Below are positions 20,491 to 33,095 of a stretch of 64,000 nucleotides of DNA, piece after piece (within the stretch, counting starts at the first letter, position 1; every line of letters begins with the position of its first letter). Source of the stretch: Nitrospirota bacterium (lineage in GTDB: Bacteria; Nitrospirota; UBA9217). Below the pieces are notes generated by a model. The model worked only from the letters and a program-made list of their open reading frames with translations. It made no database searches and had not been told where the DNA came from. The stretch covers positions 128,001-192,000 of the forward strand of contig CAVUHW010000008.1 in the NCBI GenBank assembly GCA_963741205.1, written 5' to 3'. The position numbers were made by a program, and so were the translations under genes.

Positions 20491-20601
20491 TCATAGAAGG
20501 CTCGATTCTTTTTCGATCACGCCGCAAATATAGTAGAGAAGCCCGCAATTCGAATAGAAAACATCGGGTCCGCGTGCCACCATCAGGATCTCAGCGTCTC
20601 C
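20491..20601 (-). pseudogene. Fragment of CoA-disulfide reductase/NADH oxidase N-terminus
   Basis: Manual translation DAEILMVARGPDVFYSNCGLLYYICGVIEK resembles the E.GP.VSYANCGLPYY motif. Confidence 0.6.
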
Positions 20602-21014
20602 TCGGTATACAGCATGAGCGGCTATATACCGACGCGATCGGAGTTCATCCTGGTAACGCTCATATTGTCCGCCTTCTTCGATTGTGTCGATGGATATTCG
20701 TGATGCTTTGATTCAAGGTGAAAATCGCACACTGGATTAACATAGCGTCAGTGCATAATTCAGGAAGAAGTCTATTCTTTTCTAAATTCCTTGTCAATCA
20801 GAGGATAATGCCGACGCCCCTCTGAAGCGTGCGGTTGTGGCTGGAAGGCCATAGTTGCCGTTACAAACGGCTAACTCGACTTTGGACCCCAGGAACAGAT
20901 ATTTTGCGGAGCGTTTAAAGGAAGACGGGAAAAGCCGGTGCTGGTGAAGGTCATCGGGGAATTTTTTTTATGCCAGACGTCTTGTTTTGGCATGTCCCGG
21001 CTCGAATTAAGTTG

Positions 21015-21256
21015 TCATGTGAGCACGCCCTCGTGATACACGGTTTTGATAAATACAGACTCTCGGAGGGGACTGTTCTTTATAGCATCGATGCTCAAAA
21101 CGATGGAGACGACGTCATCGGCAGATCCGGCTCCCATACGCAATCGCTGATATAGCGTTCTGTTTCATGGTCCGCGCGGTCAACAACCACGAGCACATCG
21201 AGGTCCGACTCCGGGCCTGCTGCTCCCCGCGCATGTGACCCGAAGACCCTTTTAAT
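21015..21256 (-). pseudogene. Minimal nucleotidyltransferase (MNT) fragment, frameshifted
   Basis: VFG-SHARGAAGPESDLDVLVV motif read across a frameshift. Confidence 0.65.
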
Positions 21257-21268
21257 GTGTCAGGTTTT

Positions 21269-23523
21269 CTACGCGAACTTCACTGCCTTCACGGCCTTGT
21301 GTCCTACGCTCCCCCGGGTCATCACGCCGTATTTTTTCAGGTCGATCACCTTCTCATTGCCCTTCTCATCGAGACCTTCACCTGCTCGCCTTTGCTGACG
21401 GGCCGGAAGAGCGCAACCTCGCCGTTCTTCACGTTCACGAGCTTGACGCCCTTGCCCGCTCCGGTCAGGACGGGGATTTCCTTGGCTGCGACGACGACGG
21501 CCTTGCCCTCTGAGGTGATAAACAGGACATTCGGCAGATCGAGGATGCCCACGCCCATGATATAGTCGTCTTCTTTGACACTGGCGAATTTTTTCCCGGC
21601 TCGGGTGGTTACGGAATTATATTGACCCAGGTCAAAGGCAAAACCCATACCGTGGGCGGAAACGGTCAGGGCCGTCACCTCCCGGGGGGCGAGAGCAAGC
21701 TCCGGTTGTTCGCCTGGTGCGAGTGCCGGTTGCGCTAAGACGGTCGTGAAATTCATTGCCGCGATAGGCCGTTCGCCGTCGCCGAACTTGAAGAGGTGTT
21801 GGACCGGCTCGCCGAAGCCGGAGCCGGACGGCAGGTCGAAGGCCTTCACGACATAGACCTTGCCTGCCGACGAGAAGACGGCGATGTTGTCCTTGGTGTT
21901 CGCCGGCAGGAGCGCCAAAAGCTCGTCGCCTTCCTTGAACCGGAGGTTCTCTCCCACGGTCTTGACGCGTCTGATCCATCCCATCTTCGTCATGATCACG
22001 GTCACATCCTCGTGAACGATGAAGTCCTCCTGGGAGAATTCGACGTCCTCGGCCGCCTTCATCGTTGACTTTCGCTTGTCGCCGTATTTTTCCTTGATCT
22101 CCAGAAGCTCGGTCTTGATGAGGCCCCAGATCTTTTTCTGTGAGGCCAGGATGACCTCGATGTCTTTCTTTTGCCGGGTCTTCTCGGCTATCTCCTTGAG
22201 GATCCGCTCGATTTCCAAGCCCACGAGCTTGTAAAGCTGGATATCAAGGATAGCCTTCACCTGTTCGTCGTCGAGCTTGAAGTGCTTCTTGAGCTTCTCG
22301 GAGGCATCCTCCCGCGATTTCGCCTTGCGGATGATCTTGATCGCCGCGTCGAGGTCGTCATAGAGCTTCTCGAAGGCGGCCAGGATGTGGAGCCGGGCCT
22401 TGAGGATCCTGAGGTCGAAGTTCAGCCGCTTCTTGACGACGTCGTGCCGGAAGTCGAGGAAATACCGCATGATCTCCTTGAGCGGCAGCCGGTCGGGCTC
22501 CATGTTCGGTTTCAAGGCGGTGAAGTTGATCGGAAAGGTGGATTCGAGGTCCGTGTGTTTGAAGAGGTATGCGGTAACGAGCTCCGCGTTCGTTTCAGCT
22601 TTGAGCTCGAGCACGAGGCGAACTTCATGGGTGGATTCGTCGCGGACGACGGACACCTGGGGCAGCTTCTTGTCCTCCATGAGGCCGATGAGCTTCTCGA
22701 GCAGCTTGGCTTTGTTCACGAGGTAGGGGATGGAGGTGAACACGATGGCCTGCTTGCCGCGGGGAAGGTCTTCGACGTCGTATTCTCCGCGGATCCTGAT
22801 GCCGCCGGAGCCGGTTTCGTAAATCTCCCGAAGCTCCTTTTTCGAGTTCAGAATCTGGCCTCCGGTCGGGAAATCCGGGCCTTTGATGTATTTGAGCAGG
22901 TCCTTTACCTCGATGTCCGGATCATCGATCATGGCCGCCAGGCCGTCGATCACCTCGGAGATATTGTGCGGCGGGAAGGAGCAGCTCATACCCACGGCTA
23001 TTCCGGACGTGCCGTTCACCAGGAGCTGGGGGAACCGCGCGGGAAGCACAAGCGGTTCTTTCAGCGAGTTGTCGTAGTTCGGCCGGAAGCCGACGGTGTC
23101 CTTGTCGATCTCGGCCAGGAGCTCTTCGGCGATACTCGAGAGCCGCGCCTCGGTATAGCGCATGGCCGCCGCGGGGTCGCCGTCCAGGCTGCCGAAATTT
23201 CCCGAGCCCTCAACGAGCGGATAGCGGAGCGAGAAGGGCTGCGCCATTCTGACCATGGCGTCGTAGGCAGCCTGGTCGCCGTGGGGGTGGAACTTTCCGA
23301 GTACCTCGCCGACGACGGCCGCGCTCTTGCGGAATTTTGCCGTGGGGCCGAGGCCCATTTCCCACATCGCGAAAAGGATCCTGCGGTGCACCGGCTTCAA
23401 GCCGTCGCGCACATCGGGAAGAGAGCGGGAAACGATGGTCGAAAGGGCGTAGGTGAGGAACCGGCTCTCGACCTCCGAGTGCAGCGCGGTGGTCAAAATC
23501 GAATTGTCCTTTGTCGGCATCAA
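21269..23523 (-). CDS. parC: Type IIA topoisomerase subunit A, ParC/GyrA-like (frameshift near 21370)
   Basis: [29 protein letters not shown]; short C-terminal pinwheel with no evident GyrA box. Confidence 0.85.
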
Positions 23524-23735
23524 ATGCCCCCTTTATGGTGATGTCCTTATCGGGTCCGCATTGTATCACAAAAAGAAAATAATTTCCCGTCATTCTGCGG
23601 TTATGAAAGGATTCGCAATCTTCAACTGAATACGATTGAGGGGAAAATTTCGTGTCTGCTTGCAGTCTCGTTCTAGATGGTCATAGCGGGACAAACATAA
23701 TGCGGGGCAAGGGCTTGAGGGAGAGCGCTTGTTTC

Positions 23736-23906
23736 CTACTTTACAGCGGCGTCGAAATAGGAGGCTACGATGTAATGTAACAGCCTGTATCTCTCTGCCA
23801 GCTCCATGTCCAGGTAAAGGTCGCTGTCGATCAAAATATTAACGATCTCTTTTTCCTTTTCCTGGATGCAACCGGTTGTTCTCATCTCGTTCATTTTATT
23901 ACCCAT
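23736..23906 (-). CDS. Small hypothetical protein (about 56 aa) behind a sigma-54 promoter
   Basis: ORF EKEIVNILIDSDLYLDMELAERYRLL; promoter motif immediately upstream. Confidence 0.65.
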   Translation of the reverse strand: MGNKMNEMRTTGCIQEKEKEIVNILIDSDLYLDMELAERYRLLHYIVASYFDAAVK

Positions 23907-23932
23907 CCTATCTATAATTCTGATTAATAATA

Positions 23933-23948
23933 AGCATATGGTATGCCA
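23933..23948 (-). promoter_or_regulatory. Sigma-54 (-24/-12) promoter
   Basis: TGGCATACCATATGCT on the minus strand (GG-N10-GC). Confidence 0.7.
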
Positions 23949-24206
23949 GAATTGTAAACTATTAAATTTCAGTGTATTACAAAATGAAGGGTTGGGTAAT
24001 TGCGCCAAAAGTGGGTCAAATGACATATTAGGTGGGCTTTTTTGAACTACTCCTTTAGTATGCTTATTAATTACCCCGGATCCCAGGTAGCCTGATAGCT
24101 AAGGTATTCGAGACCAGTGGGGTCAGCTGGCAAGGGGGGCAATGAGTGACTCGTTCGAGGATCTCCGCCGGAGTTCATTCTTTATCGGATTCCGCAGGGG
24201 CGCGCA

Positions 24207-25247
24207 TTAAAATTTGTACAGCACACCCGCATAGACCCCCTGCCGCGTCACGGTGGCCCAGTCCAGGTTCGAAACGTCTGAGGTCCCGTCCGCAAAAAAT
24301 GTCGTATCGGTCCCGTTCGTCGCGCGAAGGTAAAAAATCCGGTATCCCGCGGACAATTCCAGATTTTCCAAAACAGCATATGCCAACCCGACCGACACGT
24401 CGTAGCCGTAGCCGGTTGAAGAGGTCTGCGTGAAATTCGGCGGCTGTGAACGGAAATCGTTCCTACCGCTCCCCGCTCGCAGGTTCCAAAAACCGTCGCC
24501 CTTGTATTCTACGAAGGGATAAACGGACAGGGTTCCGATAAAAGAAAGCTGCTCCGTCAGAGAAGGTTGAAACAGGACACCCACTTTAAGGGCATCCCAG
24601 GAAAAATCGAAATTAGAATTGAGCACCAGGCCCGGGGGAAAAGGGCCTTTCGGCGGGAACACGGTCCCGTCGAAGGTCTCGGAAACGGTTTGTACGGCGT
24701 TCGTCATGTGCAGTTGGTCTTCATAATGGGTGTAGCCCAACACCGCCCCCCAGGGCCCATCATGTTTCCCGGAGAAACGATGGTTATTAAAGTAGAAATT
24801 TAATTCCCCCAGCTTGACGTTACCGTCGATATCATTTTTGGATTGAGAGAACTCCAGGCCTCCTCCCGAGTCCGCCAGAAACCTGTCCGTGTCCGTTCCG
24901 TGCCCGTTTCCGATCGAGCCCGTGCCTAGTAATACTTCAAAAGAAAAGTCCGGCCCAATGGCCGCTCCTCCCGTAATGATCCAAATTGGGCTGTCGATGT
25001 TATCGAAATCGAGCTCTGATTCGATCTTGCCCCGCGTGCCTGCGGGGGTATTTCCTGCCCGGTTATCACTCCGGGTGACATAAGGAAAGGAGATCTGCCA
25101 TTTTGCAAAGGCCGATGAGAACCAGCCCTGGATGCCGATTGCGGGATGAATCGATGACGCGTCCTCATCCATGCCGAAGGCGGCACCGGCGGTGGATAAA
25201 CAGATCGCAGTCATTATAAGCAGTGTCGCAAGAGTTTTTCGTTTCAT
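24207..25247 (-). CDS. Outer-membrane beta-barrel protein (omptin-like fold possible)
   Basis: Signal peptide, alternating beta strands, C-terminal YAGVLYKF. Confidence 0.75.
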   Translation of the reverse strand: MKRKTLATLLIMTAICLSTAGAAFGMDEDASSIHPAIGIQGWFSSAFAKWQISFPYVTRSDNRAGNTPAGTRGKIESELDFDNIDSPIWIITGGAAIGPDFSFEVLLGTGSIGNGHGTDTDRFLADSGGGLEFSQSKNDIDGNVKLGELNFYFNNHRFSGKHDGPWGAVLGYTHYEDQLHMTNAVQTVSETFDGTVFPPKGPFPPGLVLNSNFDFSWDALKVGVLFQPSLTEQLSFIGTLSVYPFVEYKGDGFWNLRAGSGRNDFRSQPPNFTQTSSTGYGYDVSVGLAYAVLENLELSAGYRIFYLRATNGTDTTFFADGTSDVSNLDWATVTRQGVYAGVLYKF

Positions 25248-25353
25248 GCGGTCCCCACGATCCCGGCAGATGCGACAGGGGATTTTCCTTCGCCGGTCAA
25301 CTGGTTTAGTTCCATTCATTTTATCTATTGTAGCTCATTTATCGCTTCTCCGA

Positions 25354-25389
25354 TGCTCATTAAACGAACAGGTGCTTAAAGCGTTGTCT
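25354..25389 (+). promoter_or_regulatory. Tandem putative NtrC-type enhancer sites
   Basis: TGCTCATTAAACGAACA and TGCTTAAAGCG at 19-bp period, upstream of a sigma-54 site. Confidence 0.5.
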
Positions 25390-25486
25390 GTGATATCGAA
25401 TGCCGCATGATCGTCATAAATCGTTTAGATCAAGAGGACCGGCATGAAATCAATGCATTATCCGTTCTGATCCTGCGACATGCTGA

Positions 25487-25502
25487 TGGCATGAGCATTG
25501 CT
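25487..25502 (+). promoter_or_regulatory. Sigma-54 promoter of porin-amt-glnK operon
   Basis: TGGCATGAGCATTGCT. Confidence 0.85.
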
Positions 25503-25630
25503 AAAGAGGTAACCAGAGAATGATTGCGAAGCAATGTTCTGAAAGCTCCAAAGGCTGTCAGCGACTTACAGCGCCCTGCGAAAAGCTCGCGGGGCATGAT
25601 CGACATCATTAACTATGATAGGGGGGAAGT

Positions 25631-26788
25631 ATGAACAGAAAGAAGATCGTTCAGTTTGTGTGCACCGCACTGATTGCGGGCACGGTAGTGTCAGCGGCAC
25701 CGGTTTTTGCGGAGGACCCGAAGCCGGCGGGCCTCAACCCGGACGAGGTGAAGAAGGCGCTCGGCATCAGTTTCTATGTCCAGGGCGGCTACACATACAA
25801 TGGAAACGCCACCGACGGCGTTACCAAGGCTTCGGAAAACGACCTCAGGGTGTTCGACCACAAGGCGAACAGCTTCAGCCTCGATCTGGCGCAGATCGTG
25901 GCATTAAAGGATGTGGCTAAGGCGGGGGACGGCGGTTACAAGATCAAACTCTCCGCCGGGGAAACGGCAAAGTGGATCCATGCGCGCGGCTTAAGCGGCG
26001 CTACGCTTGACACGCCGCAGGCGGGGGAGGGGACCGACAGCATCGACGTTACGGAGGCCTATGTGAGCTACATGGCGCCCCTCGGCAGAGGGCTCAGGTT
26101 CGACGCCGGCAAGATGGTGACCTACTTCGGCGCGGAGGTTATCGAGGCAATAGACAACCCGAACTATTCGCGGTCGTTCCTGTTCAACTATGCAATCCCG
26201 TTTACGCATACCGGCGTGAAGGCGAGCTATGCCTTTACCGATGCGCTGAATGCGAGCCTCCACGTTGTGAACGGTTGGGACAACGCTGAAGACAATAACG
26301 CCGGCAAGAGTTTCGGCGTCAGCATCGGCTATGCCCCTGCTGAAATATTCTCGGGGTATGTCAACTTTATGACCGGTCCGGAGCAGGACAGCAACAGCAG
26401 CAACACGAGGACGCTTGTCGACTTGGTCGCCACGATCAAGCCGATAAAGCCGCTCTCGATCATCCTGAACTATGACGATGGGAAGGAAGACAAGGCGATT
26501 GCGGCAGGCGATGCAAAGTGGTCCGGTTTTGCGGGTATCGTGAAGTTCGATTTCAATGACAGGTACAGCCTTGCGGTCAGGGGCGAGTCCTTCGACGACA
26601 AGGACGGCTTCAGGACCGGCACGGTGCAGAAGCTGACGGAAATTACGGTCACTCCGGAGATCCGGCTTAGCGGCGGTTTGATCCTCCGTCCTGAATACCG
26701 GCACGATACGTCCGACAAGCAGTCCTTCGACAACGGCACGAAGAAATCCCAGGACACCCTCGCGCTCGCCGCGATGTATAGATGGTAG
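25631..26788 (+). CDS. Outer-membrane beta-barrel porin (BBP2/DUF1597-like) heading the amt operon
   Basis: Signal peptide; EAYVSY, GAEVIEA.DNPNYSRS, PFTHTG, NGWD, RPEYRHD; C-terminal W. Confidence 0.85.
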   Translation: MNRKKIVQFVCTALIAGTVVSAAPVFAEDPKPAGLNPDEVKKALGISFYVQGGYTYNGNATDGVTKASENDLRVFDHKANSFSLDLAQIVALKDVAKAGDGGYKIKLSAGETAKWIHARGLSGATLDTPQAGEGTDSIDVTEAYVSYMAPLGRGLRFDAGKMVTYFGAEVIEAIDNPNYSRSFLFNYAIPFTHTGVKASYAFTDALNASLHVVNGWDNAEDNNAGKSFGVSIGYAPAEIFSGYVNFMTGPEQDSNSSNTRTLVDLVATIKPIKPLSIILNYDDGKEDKAIAAGDAKWSGFAGIVKFDFNDRYSLAVRGESFDDKDGFRTGTVQKLTEITVTPEIRLSGGLILRPEYRHDTSDKQSFDNGTKKSQDTLALAAMYRW

Positions 26789-26816
26789 GGAATACGAAAG
26801 AAAAAGGAGATTTACT

Positions 26817-28870
<2,054 letters not shown>

Positions 28871-29009
28871 AAGGACCACCGCGGCCTTCACCTATGACAG
28901 TGAGTTTTTATTCCCGAATGCTTTTACGGAATTCTTGAAGTTTGATTGATAAGCTCTTTCAGGTATGACTGATGATATTTAGCATGGGCTCTTCGCAGCA
29001 AAACACATT

Positions 29010-30055
29010 ATGATCACCATCATCCTCATACTTATATTCCTGATATCCTGCTCCTCCCCATGCTGGTAAAGCGGGTCGAGCACAACCTCGAAGCTGTTCC
29101 TGCTCGTCACGGGAGGCGTCACACTTGCGTTATCCCACTTGTTCGGACCCGAGCCGCTCGTAAATCTTCGGCTCATTGAGTCGGCATTGTGGGAGCCCGT
29201 GAAACTTACGATCGCGACGCTGGTCTTCGGGCTCGCTTTCCGCGCGATACGTGAACCTCTGAAGAAGAAGGTCGTCCAGGTCGAAACACGGCTTGGGCCC
29301 CGTCTTTTTGCATTCCTGCTCATATTCGTCCTCGGGCTCGTATCGAGCGTGATAACGGCGATCATCGCGGCCCTCATCCTATGCGAGATCGTGAGCGCCA
29401 TCAACCTCGATAAGAAGTATGAAACGCGTCTGGTCATCTTCGCCTGCTTTTCGATCGGCATGGGCGCGGCCCTTACGCCGATCGGTGAGCCCTTGTCCAC
29501 GATTGCAGTGGCCAAACTGCGCGGCGGCGAGCTTGACGGTGATTTTCTGATGCTCTTGCGCGTTTTCGGGATCTATATCGTGCCGGGCCTTCGTCGTAGC
29601 GCTGGCAGGCGGGTTTTTCCGGGGACCGAGGTTGCGCGATCGGAAAGCCTGGTCGAGGATTTTGAGGAGCCGTTCGGTCAATCGCGCTCAGGGCGTTTAA
29701 GGTTTACATGTTCATCATGGCGCTGGTGCTCCTGGGCACAGGCTTCAAGCCGCTCATCGACATGTACATATCGAAGATGCCTGCCCCGCTCCTCTACTGG
29801 GTCAATATCACGTCGGCAATCCTCGATAACGCCACGCTTGCCGCAGCGGAACTCGGTCCTCATATGACTACTGCTCAGGTGAAGGGCATCATCATGGGGA
29901 TCATCATCTCCGGCGGCATGCTCATCCCCGGCAATATACCGAACATTATCGCCGCGAACAAACTGAAGATTTCGAGCAGGGCATGGGCAATGGCGGGTCT
30001 GCCCTTCGGCCTTTTGCTCATGGCGTTCTATTTCGTAATCCTGTATCTGCGGTAA
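29010..30055 (+). CDS. DUF1646 family putative cation transporter (several frameshifts)
   Basis: VEHNLE, SSVITAIIAA, GAALTPIGEPLSTI, SAILDNATLAAAE, GGMLIPGNIPNII. Confidence 0.8.
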
Positions 30056-30073
30056 GTCCGAGAAGCTTCGGCA

Positions 30074-30109
30074 CGCTTATTTTTTAGGCATTCGCTTAAA
30101 GCATCACCT
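30074..30109 (+). promoter_or_regulatory. Tandem putative NtrC-type enhancer sites
   Basis: CGCTTATTTTTTAGGCA and CGCTTAAAGCA at 19-bp period. Confidence 0.55.
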
Positions 30110-30202
30110 TCACCGCGCATAACGAAATGAGATCGCTCTGAATTGCCAATATGCGTTTGTGTTGGAAAATCAACGATTGCACAGTATTCATGAAGGCGGG
30201 CG

Positions 30203-30218
30203 TGGCACAGGCCTTGCT
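30203..30218 (+). promoter_or_regulatory. Sigma-54 promoter of the divergent PII gene
   Basis: TGGCACAGGCCTTGCT. Confidence 0.88.
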
Positions 30219-30264
30219 TTAGAAACACTGAATGGAAGATGCGAATTGAAGGAAGGAGATTCCT

Positions 30265-30603
30265 ATGAAAAGGATCGAAGCGATTATCCGTCCGGCAAAA
30301 GTTTCTGATGTCTGCGCTGCTTTGGACAAAGCGGGCCATCCGGGTGTGACGATCTCGGCAGTCGAGGGACGGGGTAGCCAAAAAGGGTGGGTCAATCAGG
30401 TCCGCGGCTCTGCATACGAGAGGAACTTGCTGGCCAAAGCGCGAGTGGAAGTAGTCGCAAGTGACGAAAATGCCGACAAGATCATCAAGGCCATACGAGA
30501 TGCGGCGTTGACCGGCGAGGTGGGCGACGGTAAGATATTCGTCCACGACATGGCCGATGCCATCAGGATACGGACCAACGAAAGCGGCATGGCTGCCATA
30601 TAA
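30265..30603 (+). CDS. Divergent PII-family protein
   Basis: MKRIEAIIRP, QKG, RG..Y51, TGEVGDGKIF, RIRTNE; T-loop diverged. Confidence 0.92.
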   Translation: MKRIEAIIRPAKVSDVCAALDKAGHPGVTISAVEGRGSQKGWVNQVRGSAYERNLLAKARVEVVASDENADKIIKAIRDAALTGEVGDGKIFVHDMADAIRIRTNESGMAAI

Positions 30604-30670
30604 CGAGATTCAACGGATAGCCTTATGGACTGGCTCTTTTCGGCTTTTTACAGCTCCATCAAGTAAGGAA

Positions 30671-30744
30671 AGGCGGCGATTTGAGAGGTCGCCGTCTATC
30701 CTCCCCGGGGGCCGGCATGTTCCATTGCATGCCGGCCCTTTTTT
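30671..30744 (+). repeat. Two-hairpin element with terminator, copy 2 (free-standing)
   Basis: GGCGGCGAT-TTGAGAG-GTCGCCGTC, TATCCTCCCC, terminator; starts about 67 nt after the PII stop. Confidence 0.85.
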
Positions 30745-30781
30745 CACCTTCCCTTGACGGATTTATACTATAATAAAATCC

Positions 30782-31939
30782 GTGGATTATGTAAAACGAA
30801 ATATCAATCTGATGAGGGAGTTTTCAGTTCCGCTCATTGCCGGAGTGATGACCGCGCTTCTATGGGCGAACTTCGCGCCGCAAAGCTACCACGCCTTTCT
30901 CCACGCCCCCTTTCTCGGCCGCCTGAACTTTCACTTCCTCACGAACGACATCTTCATGGTATTCTTCTTCGGCATCGCCACGGTGGAAATTACGCAGAGC
31001 TTTCTTCCCGGAGGCGACCTCAGCCCCCCCAAAAGGGCGATCAATCCGCTCCTGGCGACGCTGGGCGGCGTGCTCGGTCCCGCTGTTGTCTACCTTATTT
31101 GCAATCATTTCATCGGCAGCGATGCGCTCCTGCGAGGATGGGGCATTCCGACAGCCACGGACATCGCCTTTGCCTGGCTCGTGGCGAGAATGGTCTTCGG
31201 GAGCAGCCATCCGGCGGTCTCCTTTCTGCTTCTGCTTGCCGTGGCAGACGACGCCATCGGGCTTGCCATTATCGCCATTTTCTATCCTGACCCTCATTTC
31301 CCGGTCGAGCCGGCATGGCTTCTGCTGACAGGACTCGGAATGGTCATTGCATTCTGTCTTCGTCTGGGGAAGGTGCGGACCTACTGGCCCTTCGTCATTT
31401 TAGGCGGGGGGGTCTGCTGGGCAGGGCTGTTCAAGGCCCATCTCCATCCGGCGCTTGCCCTCGTATTCATCATTCCTTTCCTGCCTCATGCGCCACGGGA
31501 GGACAAACACTTCTTCGAGGAGAACGAAGAAGACCGCTCTCCCCTTGCGCAATACGAGCACGAGTGGAAGGTGATCGTCGACTTCGGGCTCTTCATGTTC
31601 GGTCTTGCCAATGCAGGCGTCGAACTTTCGGCAGTCGGGGCCGCTACGTGGCTGGTCCTCGTGTCGCTCCTGGCGGGCAAGAGCATCGGAATTTTGGCCC
31701 TCGGGGCCCTCGCTGAATCGTTCGGGTTCCCGCTCCCCGCAGGCATGTCGAAAAAAGACCTGCTGGTGGCCGGGATGATTGCGGGGATCGGTTTCACTGT
31801 TGCCCTCTTTGTTGCCGGCGAGGCATTTACCGACCCGGTCAACCAGGCCGCCGCAAAAATGGGCGCGATGCTCTCCTTTGGCGCGGCCTTCATCGCCCTG
31901 CTGCTCGGAAAGATCCTGAACATTCGCAAGGTTCATTGA
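30782..31939 (+). CDS. nhaA: Na+/H+ antiporter NhaA
   Basis: TNDIFMVFFF, GWGIPTATDIAF, LAVADD, FGLANAGV, GIGFTVALF. Confidence 0.92.
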   Translation: MDYVKRNINLMREFSVPLIAGVMTALLWANFAPQSYHAFLHAPFLGRLNFHFLTNDIFMVFFFGIATVEITQSFLPGGDLSPPKRAINPLLATLGGVLGPAVVYLICNHFIGSDALLRGWGIPTATDIAFAWLVARMVFGSSHPAVSFLLLLAVADDAIGLAIIAIFYPDPHFPVEPAWLLLTGLGMVIAFCLRLGKVRTYWPFVILGGGVCWAGLFKAHLHPALALVFIIPFLPHAPREDKHFFEENEEDRSPLAQYEHEWKVIVDFGLFMFGLANAGVELSAVGAATWLVLVSLLAGKSIGILALGALAESFGFPLPAGMSKKDLLVAGMIAGIGFTVALFVAGEAFTDPVNQAAAKMGAMLSFGAAFIALLLGKILNIRKVH

Positions 31940-32111
31940 GGGAACGACGATTACCCTCTTCTGGCGGAGGTCGCGACAAGTAGTATAAGCGCTGACGTTA
32001 GTATTACAGTACGAAGAGAGTTGAGAGCAAGGAGGGAAACTTCGGGGGTATAGCTACCATCTTTTATCAGAAATCGTGAACGCCGCGCGGAGCATGATAG
32101 GTGTTAGGAAA

Positions 32112-32748
32112 TCAGGGGAACACCGCTCCCTGCGTGGCCCCATGAGCAGTGTCGATATCGTACTGTTTCTGGTCGTAATCCAATTTTTTCATCTCCGCGC
32201 TGGCCAGGGCCTTCACATACCGGTCGAGCTCCGCACAGGTGCGGGAGGGCGAAAGCTCGGCCACGGCTTTGGTTAGTTCGGCGGCTGCATCCACGGCCCG
32301 ATCTCGATGACCGCTTTCATGCATGGTAAGGTTTTTCTCGTAGGTTTCCCATTTGTCCGCAAGCTGCTGCGGAGCATCGGCTGACTTTGCCCACTTGGGC
32401 AAGCGATAGGTGATATCGACGGTCACGGTGAATGAATCCGCGGTGCAGGCCTGGCCATCCTGGTTGCGGCCGTAGTCCCATTTCATTTTCCAACTCGTGA
32501 CGGCGTCGTATTTTTTGCCGTCGTTCCAGGAAATGCACTTCTGCTTCAAACTATGTTTAACGTCGGCTTCACAACAGCCGCACACTTCATAGTATTCATA
32601 TTGTTCCTTCACCCGGGGCGGAACGATCGTATTCCTGGTCTGGAGGGAACCTCCCTTTTCGAGGTTGGCGATGACGGTCCCGCCATCTCCCGCGAAAGTT
32701 AATGAGGAAAAAAGTTAAGATCAGAAAGGAAAGAGCAATGCTTTTCAT
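32112..32748 (-). CDS. DUF922 family putative Zn-dependent protease (frameshift near the signal peptide)
   Basis: YRLPKW, HESGH, QKQYD.DT.HGATQG; ATG at 32748 with hydrophobic leader in another frame. Confidence 0.8.
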
Positions 32749-33095
32749 AAACCCCTTCATGTTCCGCCGCGATATGATGTACGAACGCAGCTTCTAGTTA
32801 TCAATATGATACGACTTTAAACGTTCGGTTTCAAGACTAAAAAACTCCGCTAAAATGCGGCGTAGGGCGCAGTTCATTCAAATTCCCGGCCTCGCGCAAG
32901 TCCACACACCCTGTCCCATAAATGGGAGGCCATAAACCCGGCTGGGTTCAATCACGGCACTGAATAATCCCAGATCTTTTTGTGGCAACCTCCTTGATAA
33001 ATTTCATCGGATTTAACCACAGAATCACGGAAACCCTCGTCGGGGGAATTGGCGAGATTTTTGATGTCAAGCCAAAAGAGAGGCGTGCAGGGGAG

